64,000 nt of DNA from positions 512,001-576,000 of the forward strand of contig CAVPOC010000008.1 of NCBI GenBank assembly GCA_963706955.1. The letters are read 5' to 3'. A model generated the notes under the pieces. That model saw nothing but the letters and a program-made list of their open reading frames with translations. It made no database searches and was not told the origin of the DNA. The position numbers and the translations under genes are program-made. The stretch is from an uncultured Verrucomicrobiae bacterium. GTDB lineage: Bacteria; Verrucomicrobiota; Verrucomicrobiia; Chthoniobacterales; Terrimicrobiaceae. Every line of letters begins with the position of its first letter. Positions within the stretch are counted from its first letter, which is position 1. Of the stretch, positions 20,529 through 30,108 are shown piece after piece.

Positions 20529-20738
20529 CTAGGAATTGCCCGCGGCCACGCCTTTCTCGACACCGACCTCAGGATGTTTCATGGGATTTTGAGGCCTTTC
20601 GCTCCGGCCTGGGTTAATTCGATTCTTGGCTGATCGCTCTCTTCCATAAAACTTGCGCACGGCCAAGATAGTCAACCCACCGGAGGTCGCGGCACCGGCA
20701 CTGGCCAGCGCGACCGTCGCAAAACAAAATGGACACAT
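20529..20738 (-). pseudogene. Small MCPxC leader-type protein running into a degenerate DUF899 start
   Basis: MCPFCFATVALASAGAATSGGLT.L.V.K followed by MKHPEV and, in a shifted frame, VSRKAW, resembling the VSREEW start of DUF899 proteins. Confidence 0.45.
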
Positions 20739-20904
20739 GGTGACGGGTTCCTCTTAGCTCAGTATCGCCGATGATATCCAAGGCCCGCACCCCTTGAGGC
20801 TGACTCGGGTAATCGCGGTTTTCTTGATCATGGCTAAGGTTTACGGCTTCGATTCTTCGACGAACAACGCCTGTGAAAAAGGACACCGCTCTTAAAAAAT
20901 CAAA

Positions 20905-21152
20905 AGGGTCACTTTCGCCTCCACCGGAAAACCGAAGGCCGTGAAGCGGAAACGGCGCCGCGCTCAGCTCCGAACCGGATCCATCGTGAAAGCGGATATC
21001 CGAGGCGTTGCCAAGTAAGTCGGCCAGGCCGTAGTGCCGTTTAGGAACGGCCATACGTAGACGGCGCGCGGGCTGGCGACGATCACTTCGTTGGCAACAT
21101 AGTTGTCGGTGGTGCCTGGAAGATAGCCTTCCGGCCCGAGAATCTCCTGCAT
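20905..21152 (-). pseudogene. SRPBCC/polyketide cyclase family fragment
   Basis: PEGYLPGTTDNYVANEVIV..VWPFL, then GNASDIRFHDGSG.ELS and FRFTAFGFPVEAKV in shifted frames; truncated. Confidence 0.55.
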
Positions 21153-21540
21153 GGTAGGTTCAGAAAAGTCCCGACAATATCGATTGTCCGTTGACAGTGT
21201 CAACTAACGAGAGGATAGAAGACTTTGTCAACCAATCTCTCTGCCATGCAACTTCAACTAGTTTCTCGTTCGTGCAAGTTCACGTTCCTTTGCGAGCCGA
21301 AAGCAGTTTCGCTCGCGGGAGGAAAGCGCGCGACCGGATCGGCGCTCTCCTCCTCTCACTGATTGCGACCGCTTCCGTGAAACTGGCGGCGTCGCCGACG
21401 CTCCCACGAATACCGCATCTGCCGCTGACTCGTCTACTCCTCGCCCTAATCACGTCGTGCCACCACGCAAACTCGTTCGCATTCCCACAAACACCGCCCG
21501 TCTTAGGGGCGACCACACCTAACATTCACACACATACACC

Positions 21541-22221
21541 ATGAAAGATATGAACGCTCCGCAGCCGTGGATTGCCACGGACCAAGTTACCAAGCTTCTT
21601 AACGAACTCTATGCCGACGCGGAGCGAAACGATCCTCTTGCCCGTCGAGCGGCCATAGAAACCGCGTCGGATGGCGATTCCGTGCTGGGATTCTACCGAT
21701 CGATGCGCATGGCCTACATGGCCATCGGCTGGGAATTTGGCAAACTGCTCTACGGCCTCGCCCGCTCGATCCGGGCGGAAACCATCGTCGAGTTTGGCAC
21801 TTCGTTTGGCATTTCGACCATTTTTCTCGCCTCCGCGATCAGGGACAACGGCGCCGGCCGAGTGATTACCACCGAATTCGAGCCTGCCAAAGCGGAACGA
21901 GCCAGGGAGAATCTCGCCGCAGCCGGAGTCGAAGAATGGGTGGAGCTTCGCATCGGCGACGCCCGCGAGACGTTGTCGGATTCACCCCGAGAGATCGACA
22001 TGATCTTTCTCGACGGCGCCAAGGAACTTTACATTGACGTGCTCAAGCTCCTCGAACCGCACCTGCGCGCTGGAGGCATCGTCGCCAGCGACAACACCGA
22101 TCACGACGGTCTGGAGCCGTTCCTCAGCCATGTCCGCCATCCATCCAACGGCTACATCTCGTCGGCGATTTTCACGAGCGGTCCTCGTGGCAAAGCCCAC
22201 GAGATTTCAATCCACTGCTGA
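21541..22221 (+). CDS. Class I SAM-dependent O-methyltransferase
   Basis: IVEFGTSFGISTI, GDARETL, DMIFLDGAK, GGIVASDN. Confidence 0.9.
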   Translation: MKDMNAPQPWIATDQVTKLLNELYADAERNDPLARRAAIETASDGDSVLGFYRSMRMAYMAIGWEFGKLLYGLARSIRAETIVEFGTSFGISTIFLASAIRDNGAGRVITTEFEPAKAERARENLAAAGVEEWVELRIGDARETLSDSPREIDMIFLDGAKELYIDVLKLLEPHLRAGGIVASDNTDHDGLEPFLSHVRHPSNGYISSAIFTSGPRGKAHEISIHC

Positions 22222-22306
22222 GTTCAATGTTAAGTCTTGCGACTGTGAGTTTTAAGTAAGCCACCTCGCGCAGGCTTAAAACTTCAATCTCAACACTTAA
22301 AACTCA
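22219..22306. repeat. Degenerate heptamer-repeat hairpin (TRAGTTT-like units)
   Basis: tgagttc..taagtct..tgagttttaagt pairs with gcttaaaacttcaatctcaacacttaaaactca; abuts the duplicated tmRNA end. Confidence 0.6.
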
Positions 22307-22309
22307 TTG

Positions 22310-22335
22310 AGTGGAGGCGAGGGGGAATTGAACCC
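22310..22335 (-). repeat. Duplicated tmRNA 3' end (att site of genomic island)
   Basis: agtggaggcgagggg is identical to 35403-35417 and is followed by gaattgaaccc versus agttgaaccc in tmRNA. Confidence 0.85.
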
Positions 22336-22650
22336 GTGCGGAGCCACACCAACCCCGCTATTTGATGCCGTGTCAAAATAAACTAATCTTGCGCGTCGTT
22401 GAGCGGAGTTTGTCCGGACGAAGTTTGCCGCAGATTGTCATCGATTTCGGGGTTTCTGCAATCCGGATGCCGACCGCTGCCGACGGTGAGGAGCGTTCCA
22501 TCAAAGATACGCAGATTACAAGCTTGGCTCAACACCGACGATCAGCGCGGGTTCGTAATAGGCGCCCTTAAGGCTCACGGGTTCGATTCCGCCTTATCCA
22601 AGTCTGGATCGCGCACAGCTTGCCGGTGTGGCAAGGTCTATGCATTCCCT

Positions 22651-23604
22651 TCAGATCAGATTCGAGCAGGAGTCCAATTCCTTCAATGCAACCGTATCGC
22701 TAACCCAAGACCATTGTATATCCTTTGATTGGACTAAGAGCGCTTGAATTTCCGGAATTCCCAGATTTTCCTTAGTGACAACGGCTGCGCCGCTATCGAT
22801 AACCGCATCCACCGTTTCTCCCTTCATTTTGGCAACCAGCGCCCGCACAGCATCACGGCCCATCTTCCTGGGATTCTGGGCGACGAGTGCTTGAATCTCA
22901 CCTCTTTTCAAGCCTTCCACGAGTCCCGGCGACGTGTCGAAACCGACGAACTTCTTGCTGCGCGTCAGGTTATTCTGCTTGAGCGCGAGCAACATGCCCA
23001 AAGTGCTCGGTTCGTTTGAACAGAAAATTCCGTCCGCCTCCTTGAGCTTGTCCAGCATCTTCAACGCGGTTGAGTGTGCTTCGCTAATGGTTGTGCCGGA
23101 GTAGCGATTGTCGAGAATAACCTGAATGTCGGGAAATTTCTTGATCTCTTCGAGGAAGCCCGCCTCCCGCTGACCGGTGCTAGCCGCACCTTCTTTATAG
23201 CGAAAGAGCACCACCTTGCCTTTGCCGTCTAAAAGCTTTCCCAACTGCTCGCCAGCCATTTCTCCAGCCCGGTGGTTGTTGGTCGATACCGTGCAGACAA
23301 AGTCCTTGAGGGGCTTCCCCTCGAACGCCGAATCCATAATCACCACAGGGATTCCCTTTTGCATGGCAGCGGCGACTGAACGTCTGAGTGCCGTGTCATC
23401 AATCGGCGCCAGAACAATGCCGCCCACTCCCTCGGAAACGAACTGCTCAAAGATTTGGATCTGCTGTGCGGGGTCGTCTTCCTTTAGAGAGCCCTTCCAT
23501 ATCATCTCCGCGCCAGCCTCTTTTGCCCCTTCACGCGCTCCTCCTTCAACCGCTTTCCAAAACCAGTGCGTCGTGCTCTTGGGAATTACAGCGATTGGAC
23601 TCAA
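22651..23604 (-). CDS. RbsB-like sugar ABC substrate-binding protein lacking a signal peptide (possibly 5'-truncated)
   Basis: IAVIPKSTTHWFWKAVEGGA, GIPVVIMDS, STGQREAGF, FVGFD, LVAQNP..MG; in-frame TAA upstream. Confidence 0.75.
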   Translation of the reverse strand: MSPIAVIPKSTTHWFWKAVEGGAREGAKEAGAEMIWKGSLKEDDPAQQIQIFEQFVSEGVGGIVLAPIDDTALRRSVAAAMQKGIPVVIMDSAFEGKPLKDFVCTVSTNNHRAGEMAGEQLGKLLDGKGKVVLFRYKEGAASTGQREAGFLEEIKKFPDIQVILDNRYSGTTISEAHSTALKMLDKLKEADGIFCSNEPSTLGMLLALKQNNLTRSKKFVGFDTSPGLVEGLKRGEIQALVAQNPRKMGRDAVRALVAKMKGETVDAVIDSGAAVVTKENLGIPEIQALLVQSKDIQWSWVSDTVALKELDSCSNLI

Positions 23605-23879
23605 TGGGAGAAGAATTTATAGAGGATAGGACTGAGTTTCGAGACTGTCCATGTTCTTGTGAGCCAAGCTTTGGCGGCCCGCGAAATGATCAGTCCAGGC
23701 CAAGTTCTGTTCCTCGCAGCGCAAAGCCGAGCCTGAAGACCGGATCATTCGTAGCCCGCTGGACGATGATGCAACCTCACGCGCTTCGCGGCGCTACTTC
23801 AGCATTTTCTACGACAAGTTGCCCCCTCTCGGTGCTCCCATTTTCTTGATGTTAGTTGTTCGGTTCTTCTCCGAATCAT

Positions 23880-25184
23880 TCAGGCTGCGAGCAATTCTCT
23901 TTTGAGTGCTATTGGCGCGGCCTCTCTTGGTTCGACATGAAAGGATGGAACGCCTGAAACACTCTCCTTGAAGCTTCCTGCACCGTTGATCGAGAGCCGA
24001 CGGGCTAGAAGCAGGCTCGTGAAGAACAGAACTGCTGCTCCAAGCAAGGTATGACTTGTTCCAGCTATTGCCCCAGCCGAACCCCAGAGCACCCCTCCAA
24101 GTGCCATCGCCCCCTGCGAGATCATTATCACTGTGGCGTTCATGCGCCCTCGCGCCCAGGTCGGCATGGCGCGCTGCGCGGCCACCCAAAGTTCGGAAGC
24201 CGACATCGTCCATGCCACGCCGGCAAGCGCCGCAATAACAAAGAATGCCTCCGTCTGGCGAACAAACGCCATTAACACGTAAACCAAGATAAGCAGCAAA
24301 TTCGCCAAGAAGGTGAGGCAATCAGGCGTCAAACGAGCTCTCAGCCACGGAACAGCGAACACCGCTCCGACAACCGATCCAGCTCCCAGGCTAGTGAACA
24401 ACAGCCCCAAACTAGACGAACTGAGGTGCAGCACTCTCAAGCCCACCACCGGCATCAATGCCGGAATTACTGAGACGAACAGAGCAAACAGGAAATTTCG
24501 GGCCAACACGACCTGAAACCCAGGCGCGTTTCGAACGTAGCGAATTACTGTTCCGAAAGATTGGAAAAAGGTCTCCGACGGAAGCTTTGCCGGCCGGGGT
24601 GGTTGTTTCCATTGCCAAGTTGCCACCACGACCAGGAGGAAGCAGGCGGCATTTAGGGCAAAGACAAAACTCGCTCCGGCGACCCAGACTAACAAACCGC
24701 CGAGCGCTGGACCAATAATTCCCGCGATGCTGAATTGTAAACTCCCCAAGATCGCTGCGGACGGCAACTCCGCGTCGGAGACGATTTGGCGCACGATCGA
24801 CGTCCAGGCCGGTGCGTTAATAGCAAATCCGACGCCGATGAGAAATACGTAACCCAGGATCAGGTAAGGATTGAGTAGATGGATCCAACCAAGCACTGCT
24901 AAAGCGGAGGCTGTGGCTGCCATGCAGACATTGATCGTGCAGACCAGCTTCTGACGATCGACCCTATCGGCGAGGGCGCCGGCGGGCAGTGTGAACAGAA
25001 AGAAAGCCAGCGACGCCACGGTCGACATCAGCGAAAGCAATAGGGGAGACCCCGTAGAAATATTCATCATCCAGGTCGCTGCGTTGTCGTGAGCGACCAC
25101 GCCGGTCCCAGAGATGACCGCGGCAATCCAGAGTTTCCTGAATGCCGGGTTTTGAAGTGCCGCCCAAGTGGAGTTCGTAGTCAT
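23880..25184 (-). CDS. MFS transporter
   Basis: FRKLWIA, LPAGALADRVDR, GPALGGLL, RGRMNA; about 12 TM helices. Confidence 0.9.
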   Translation of the reverse strand: MTTNSTWAALQNPAFRKLWIAAVISGTGVVAHDNAATWMMNISTGSPLLLSLMSTVASLAFFLFTLPAGALADRVDRQKLVCTINVCMAATASALAVLGWIHLLNPYLILGYVFLIGVGFAINAPAWTSIVRQIVSDAELPSAAILGSLQFSIAGIIGPALGGLLVWVAGASFVFALNAACFLLVVVATWQWKQPPRPAKLPSETFFQSFGTVIRYVRNAPGFQVVLARNFLFALFVSVIPALMPVVGLRVLHLSSSSLGLLFTSLGAGSVVGAVFAVPWLRARLTPDCLTFLANLLLILVYVLMAFVRQTEAFFVIAALAGVAWTMSASELWVAAQRAMPTWARGRMNATVIMISQGAMALGGVLWGSAGAIAGTSHTLLGAAVLFFTSLLLARRLSINGAGSFKESVSGVPSFHVEPREAAPIALKRELLAA

Positions 25185-25298
25185 GATCGGAGATGAGAGT
25201 CTTCATCCGTTACAAACGCGGTGGGGTTGCAGAGTTTCAGGAATTTTGTTCCTAAAGATGCTTTCAGCCGATATTGTCGGTAAAAGACCCAATTCTTC

Positions 25299-26069
25299 GT
25301 GAAACGCGACAATGGTCCGCCAGCGGAGGGCGCAGCGAGCTTTCACACCACGCGCTGGACGATGGTCATGAGGGCGGCGCAAAGTCAGGCGCAAGGGGGG
25401 CAGTCCGCTTTAGCCGAGTTGTGCCGGCTCTATTGGTATCCGCTCTACATTTTCGCTCGGCGCCGCGGGTATTCTCCGGATGACGCGCAGGACTTGACCC
25501 AAGGTTTTTTCCTGCACCTGCTGGAACGCCGGGCGCTTAGGGGCGTTGACCGGCTCAAGGGTAAATTCCGGTCGTTCTTGCTCGCCTCTTTTCAGAATCA
25601 CCTCTCCCATGCAGTCGACCGTGCCCACCGCCTCAAAAGAGGAGGCGGCAACGAATTCGTCCACCTGGATGCACAAGAGGCCGAAGAACGCTACCAACGC
25701 GAGCCGGTCGAGTTTTTGACAGCAGAAAAAATCTTCGATGCCCGCTGGGCGATGACGCTCCTGGGAGAAGCGTTGAAACAACTCCGCCAGGAGTACGCCA
25801 CCGCGGGAAAGATCTCCATGTTCGAAGCGCTAAAAGTTTTCCTAGATCCTAATAACAGCGTCGCTCCGCCCTCGTACGAGGAGGTGGCGAATCGGCTTGA
25901 GCTCAGCATCGGCGGGGTCAAGACACTCATCCACAGGTTGCGAAAGCGGTACACCGCGCTGTTGCGAGAGGAGGTCGGTCGCACGGTGGTAGATCCGACA
26001 GAGATCGACGAGGAGATTCATGCGCTTTGCGACGCGCTGGTTGCATCCGAGGGGCGATTAGGCCCATGA
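25299..26069 (+). CDS. ECF-type sigma-70 factor (PVC type, kinase-associated)
   Basis: FHTTRWT, ALAELCRLYWYPLY, DAQDLTQGFF, KFRSFLL; region 4 YEEVA..L.LS.GGVKTLIHRLRKRY. Confidence 0.9.
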   Translation: MKRDNGPPAEGAASFHTTRWTMVMRAAQSQAQGGQSALAELCRLYWYPLYIFARRRGYSPDDAQDLTQGFFLHLLERRALRGVDRLKGKFRSFLLASFQNHLSHAVDRAHRLKRGGGNEFVHLDAQEAEERYQREPVEFLTAEKIFDARWAMTLLGEALKQLRQEYATAGKISMFEALKVFLDPNNSVAPPSYEEVANRLELSIGGVKTLIHRLRKRYTALLREEVGRTVVDPTEIDEEIHALCDALVASEGRLGP

Positions 26070-29000
26070 AAACAGACGCCAGACGCGTCTGCCCGTGTTG
26101 CGGAAACGAATTTCCCGGAGCAGTGGAGTTCTGTCCAGTGTGCATGCTCCATGGAGCGCTCACTAAAAGTGGGTTCGAATCCGGCGAGTCTTTTGCTGAA
26201 CAAGACCGCGGTGAATCAACACCCACGCGCGTATCGCATCGGTTCGAGCATTATGAGCTGATGTCCGACAAGGATGGAAAACCGGTCGAGTTGGGTCGCG
26301 GTGCGATGGGGGTCACTTACAAAGCGTTCGATGTCGATCTTCGATGTCCCGTGACCTTGAAAGTCATCAACGAGAAATACCTCGGTGACGAGTCAGGTTG
26401 CCTTCGTTTCTTGCGCGAAGCACGTGCGGCGGCCAGCGTGCGCCACCCGAACGTTGCCTCGGTCTTCCACTTGGGCAAGCGGGGCAAGAACTATTTCTAC
26501 GCGATGGAGTTTTTGGAGGGGGAAACGCTCGAGAAACTCGTCAGACGCACGGGCCGGCTTGAGGTAAAGCTGACGCTGGACATTGCGGCGCAGGTCGCCG
26601 CGGGTCTGGCTGCCGTGCACAAGAAGGGCCTCGTTCACCGGGACATCAAACCGAGCAATATCATGGTGAACTTCGAGGATGACGGGACAGTGACCGCAAA
26701 GATCATCGACCTGGGCCTGGCAAAGACGGTCAATGAACCAGGTGCTCAGACTGCGATTTCAATACCCGGAGGCTTTGCCGGGACACCGGAGTTCGCCAGC
26801 CCCGAGCAATTTGCAGGAGTCGGCGTGGACATCCGTTCGGATCTCTACTCTCTAGGCGTGGCGCTCTGGAAGATGGTGACCGGCCATGCATTGTTTAGCG
26901 GCTCTCCTGCTGAGCTGATGTATCAGCATCAGCACGCACAACTCCCGCTTAGACAACTCGAAGATGTCCCGCAGCCGGTGGTTGTTCTACTCGAAATACT
27001 TTTGGAGAAGGACCCTGGGCGGCGTTTGCAGAACCCGGCCGAGCTCTCTAAATTGATACCGACGATAAGAGACGCGATCGACTCACGGCGTAGAGTCTCT
27101 CGCCAGAGCTTCCAGAAGACGGCCATTGCCAATTTGCGCCTCGGAACTCGCATACCGCGAGCGAGACGAGGACCAAAAAAAATTTCCGTAGCCAGATTGC
27201 CCGTAACAGGGAGCGATTTGTTTGGTCGAGAGGAGGATATCGCTTTCCTAGATGCTGCATGGGCAAACCAAGATGTAAATATCGTTACCATAGTCGCCTG
27301 GGCTGGCATGGGGAAGTCTACGCTGGTTAATCATTGGCTTGGAAGGATGGCGGCTGAACATTATCGATCCGCGCAGCTCGTTTTCGGCTGGTCCTTTTAC
27401 CTGCAGGGTAGCAGTGGGGGCACTTCGTCGGCAGATCAATTTCTTGAGGCTGCTCTCACTTGGTTCGGTGACCCAGATCCACGGATCGGAACGGCGTGGG
27501 AGAAGGGCGAGAGATTGGCGAAACTGGTCTCACATCGTCGAACGCTACTGGTTCTGGATGGCCTCGAGCCGCTCCAAAATCCGCCTGGTCCACAAGAAGG
27601 ACGCCTACGCGATCCTTCCCTTCAGGCGCTCTTGCGCGAGCTTGCTGCCTTCAATTCGGGGCTTTGTGTAATTACCACCCGGCTGCCCATTGCGGACGTT
27701 GCAGATCACGAGCGCAGTTCAGCTCCGCGGCGTGACCTGGAGCAACTATCCAGCGATGCCGGTGCAAAGCTGCTGGGAGCGCTGGGCGTCAAGGGCGATC
27801 AAGCGGAGCTGCGAAGTGCCAGCGACGAATTCAGTGGCCATTGTCTCGCGCTGACGCTTCTTGGCAGTTATCTGACAGATGCCTACAGCGGATCCATTCG
27901 TTGCCGCAAGGAAGTGTCAGAACATCTTTCTCATGACGTCCGACAGGGAGTTCATGCTCGGAAAGTAATGGAATCTTACCAAGCCTGGCTTGGCGAGGGA
28001 CCGGAGCTATCGGTTCTTCGCATGTTAGGTCTGTTCGATCGACCGGCTGACGAAAAGGCGCTTGAAGCTCTGTTGAAACCACCCGCTATTCCGGGCCTTA
28101 CAGAGTCGTTGACGGATTTGAGCTCAAGCGAGTGGCAAATGATTCTTGCCAGGTTAAGAAGGGCAAAGCTCCTCCTGGGAGAAGATCCGCACAATCCTGG
28201 ACATCTCGATGCTCATCCTCTTGTCCGTGAATACTTTGGTGAACAGCTCCGGGATCGCCAAGCGGAGGCCTGGAAGGAATGTAACAGGCGGCTGTATCAC
28301 TATTATCGAACGCTTGCGCCGCAGCTGCCGAATAGCTTCAGGGAGATGGAGCCACTTTTCTTAGCCGTCATCTGCGGCTGCAACGCCGGTCTGTTTCGGG
28401 AAGCGCTGCATGAAGTTTACATTCCCCGGATTCAGCGAGGCAATGCCTACTTTGTGGCCAACGTTCTTGGAGCCAGAGGAGCATTGCTCTCGGCTTTGGT
28501 TCATTTCTTTGAAAGTGGACGCTGGAGTTCACCCGTGAAAGTGGGTGTCGAGGCGCAGCGTCTCACCGCGGAAGATCAGCTTTTCATCCTCATGCAGGCA
28601 GGGCTTTATCTATCGTCTACGCGAGGGTTCGCCGCACCAGAGCCACGAATCTGTTACGAGCGCGCGGCGCCTTTGTGTCATTCTCTTAATCGTCCCCTGC
28701 TCCTGTATTCCGCGCTGATGGGACAGTGGCGCTATCTCTACATCGCCGACAAGCTGAGTGCAGCGCTGGGGGTCGCACAACGAGTCCGTTCGTTGGCAAT
28801 GGAGCAAAACAACTCCGCGGTAATGATTGGAGCCTGTCAGGCTTTGGTATCGACGCTCTACTATTTGGGCGAGTTCGAGACCGCGCGACAATATGCGATG
28901 CACGGTGTTCAGATATGGCGGTCGGGGGGCGTACAGTATAATGCAGAAGACCTCGACGCTCCCGCCGTCGTTTGTTTGTCCTATGAGGCGCTGTGCCAGT

Positions 29001-29623
29001 GGCATTTCGGAGAGACCGCCTCTTCTCACGCGACCATGGCAGAAGCAATCTCACTAGCGAAGGAGTTGAATGAGACGAACTCATTAGCCGTGGCACTTCA
29101 TTTTGCTGCCTTTCTCGCCCGCTATGAAGGCAATCCTGCTGAAGTGGAACACGTGACATCGGAGTTAATTGAGTTGTCCACACGCCAGAATTTTGCGTTT
29201 TGGCTGGCTTGCGGAGCAATTTCCCATGGCTGGGCGCGTAGCGCCTTGGGTGACACAGCTCAAGGTATCGCGTGGATCGAGGACGGAATCCGAGAATATC
29301 GGGCAACCGGCTCGGTTTTGATGTTGCCGGATTCGCTCGTGCTAAAGGCTGAGGCTTTGCACCTTGCGAATCGTACGTCCGAGGCTCTTGCGGCGATAGC
29401 AGAGGCGGAGACAGTTGCCAACAGAACTGAAGGGCGGGAGTGTTTTGCCGAACTGCATCGGCTCCGCGGCGTGTTTCTTGTGGCTGTGGGTGCCGACGAG
29501 ACCCAAATTGAGGCTTCGTTCTGCGAAGCCATCCGCACCGCACAAGAGCAAAAGTCGACTTCACTGGCGAAACGCGCGGAAGCCACGTATACAGAATATC
29601 GCAGTCGAAAAGCAGAGCGTTAG
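26066..29623 (+). CDS. Ser/Thr protein kinase fused to STAND-type P-loop ATPase and TPR-like helical repeats
   Basis: N-terminal CPCC..CPVC; LGRGAMG, HRDIKPSN, DLGLA, SPEQ; Walker A AGMGKST, Walker B LLVLDG; helical C-terminus; ATGA overlap with the sigma gene. Confidence 0.9.
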   Translation: MKTDARRVCPCCGNEFPGAVEFCPVCMLHGALTKSGFESGESFAEQDRGESTPTRVSHRFEHYELMSDKDGKPVELGRGAMGVTYKAFDVDLRCPVTLKVINEKYLGDESGCLRFLREARAAASVRHPNVASVFHLGKRGKNYFYAMEFLEGETLEKLVRRTGRLEVKLTLDIAAQVAAGLAAVHKKGLVHRDIKPSNIMVNFEDDGTVTAKIIDLGLAKTVNEPGAQTAISIPGGFAGTPEFASPEQFAGVGVDIRSDLYSLGVALWKMVTGHALFSGSPAELMYQHQHAQLPLRQLEDVPQPVVVLLEILLEKDPGRRLQNPAELSKLIPTIRDAIDSRRRVSRQSFQKTAIANLRLGTRIPRARRGPKKISVARLPVTGSDLFGREEDIAFLDAAWANQDVNIVTIVAWAGMGKSTLVNHWLGRMAAEHYRSAQLVFGWSFYLQGSSGGTSSADQFLEAALTWFGDPDPRIGTAWEKGERLAKLVSHRRTLLVLDGLEPLQNPPGPQEGRLRDPSLQALLRELAAFNSGLCVITTRLPIADVADHERSSAPRRDLEQLSSDAGAKLLGALGVKGDQAELRSASDEFSGHCLALTLLGSYLTDAYSGSIRCRKEVSEHLSHDVRQGVHARKVMESYQAWLGEGPELSVLRMLGLFDRPADEKALEALLKPPAIPGLTESLTDLSSSEWQMILARLRRAKLLLGEDPHNPGHLDAHPLVREYFGEQLRDRQAEAWKECNRRLYHYYRTLAPQLPNSFREMEPLFLAVICGCNAGLFREALHEVYIPRIQRGNAYFVANVLGARGALLSALVHFFESGRWSSPVKVGVEAQRLTAEDQLFILMQAGLYLSSTRGFAAPEPRICYERAAPLCHSLNRPLLLYSALMGQWRYLYIADKLSAALGVAQRVRSLAMEQNNSAVMIGACQALVSTLYYLGEFETARQYAMHGVQIWRSGGVQYNAEDLDAPAVVCLSYEALCQWHFGETASSHATMAEAISLAKELNETNSLAVALHFAAFLARYEGNPAEVEHVTSELIELSTRQNFAFWLACGAISHGWARSALGDTAQGIAWIEDGIREYRATGSVLMLPDSLVLKAEALHLANRTSEALAAIAEAETVANRTEGRECFAELHRLRGVFLVAVGADETQIEASFCEAIRTAQEQKSTSLAKRAEATYTEYRSRKAER

Positions 29624-29781
29624 AGAAGCACGGGTTTCCGACCGCCTGCTTCCTAAAGCTTCCGGCAGCTCCCTGCCTTTCGTTCCACACTCCGCCCGCG
29701 AAATCCTTTTTGAATGCCGGGGTTCGCAGTGCCATCCAAGTGGAGTTCGTGCGCATGAATGGAGATGAGGGTCGTCACCCA

Positions 29782-30077
29782 CGTTACAAAGGCGGTGGGT
29801 CCAGACTTTCAGGAATTGTGTTCGTAAACATGCTTTCGCCCGCTATTGTTGGCTAAAGACCCAAGTTCTTCGTGAGACGCGACCATCGTCCACCAGGGGA
29901 GGGCGCGATGGCGAACGATCGTCAGGAGGGGGATTTTGCTTTAGCGGATATCGACGAGGAGATTCATGCTCTTTGCGACGCCCTCATGCATCCGGCGGTT
30001 AGACCCATGAAAACGTCATGACAGACGCGTCTGCCCGAGTTGCGGTAGTGAACTTTCCGGGACACTGGCATTCTGTC
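29782..30077 (+). pseudogene. Internally deleted relic of a second ECF sigma-kinase module
   Basis: 29782-29907 resembles 25208-25333 (upstream region and sigma start); 29950-30077 resembles 26004-26135 (sigma end and kinase start). Confidence 0.8.
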
Positions 30078-30108
30078 GCGAAAGGCGCGAAGGCAGCGTC
30101 GAAAAAGG

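Noticed and set aside
22310..22340. A tRNA gene at the TTCAA-containing arm
   Set aside because: Only the T-arm and acceptor half are present and they match the tmRNA 3' end; it is an att-site duplication.
2274..29756. Long antisense or alternate-frame ORFs (e.g. 2274-3476, 8590-9582, 9540-10481, 17869-18669, 28686-29756)
   Set aside because: Shadow ORFs of well-supported genes in GC-rich DNA with no recognisable motifs.
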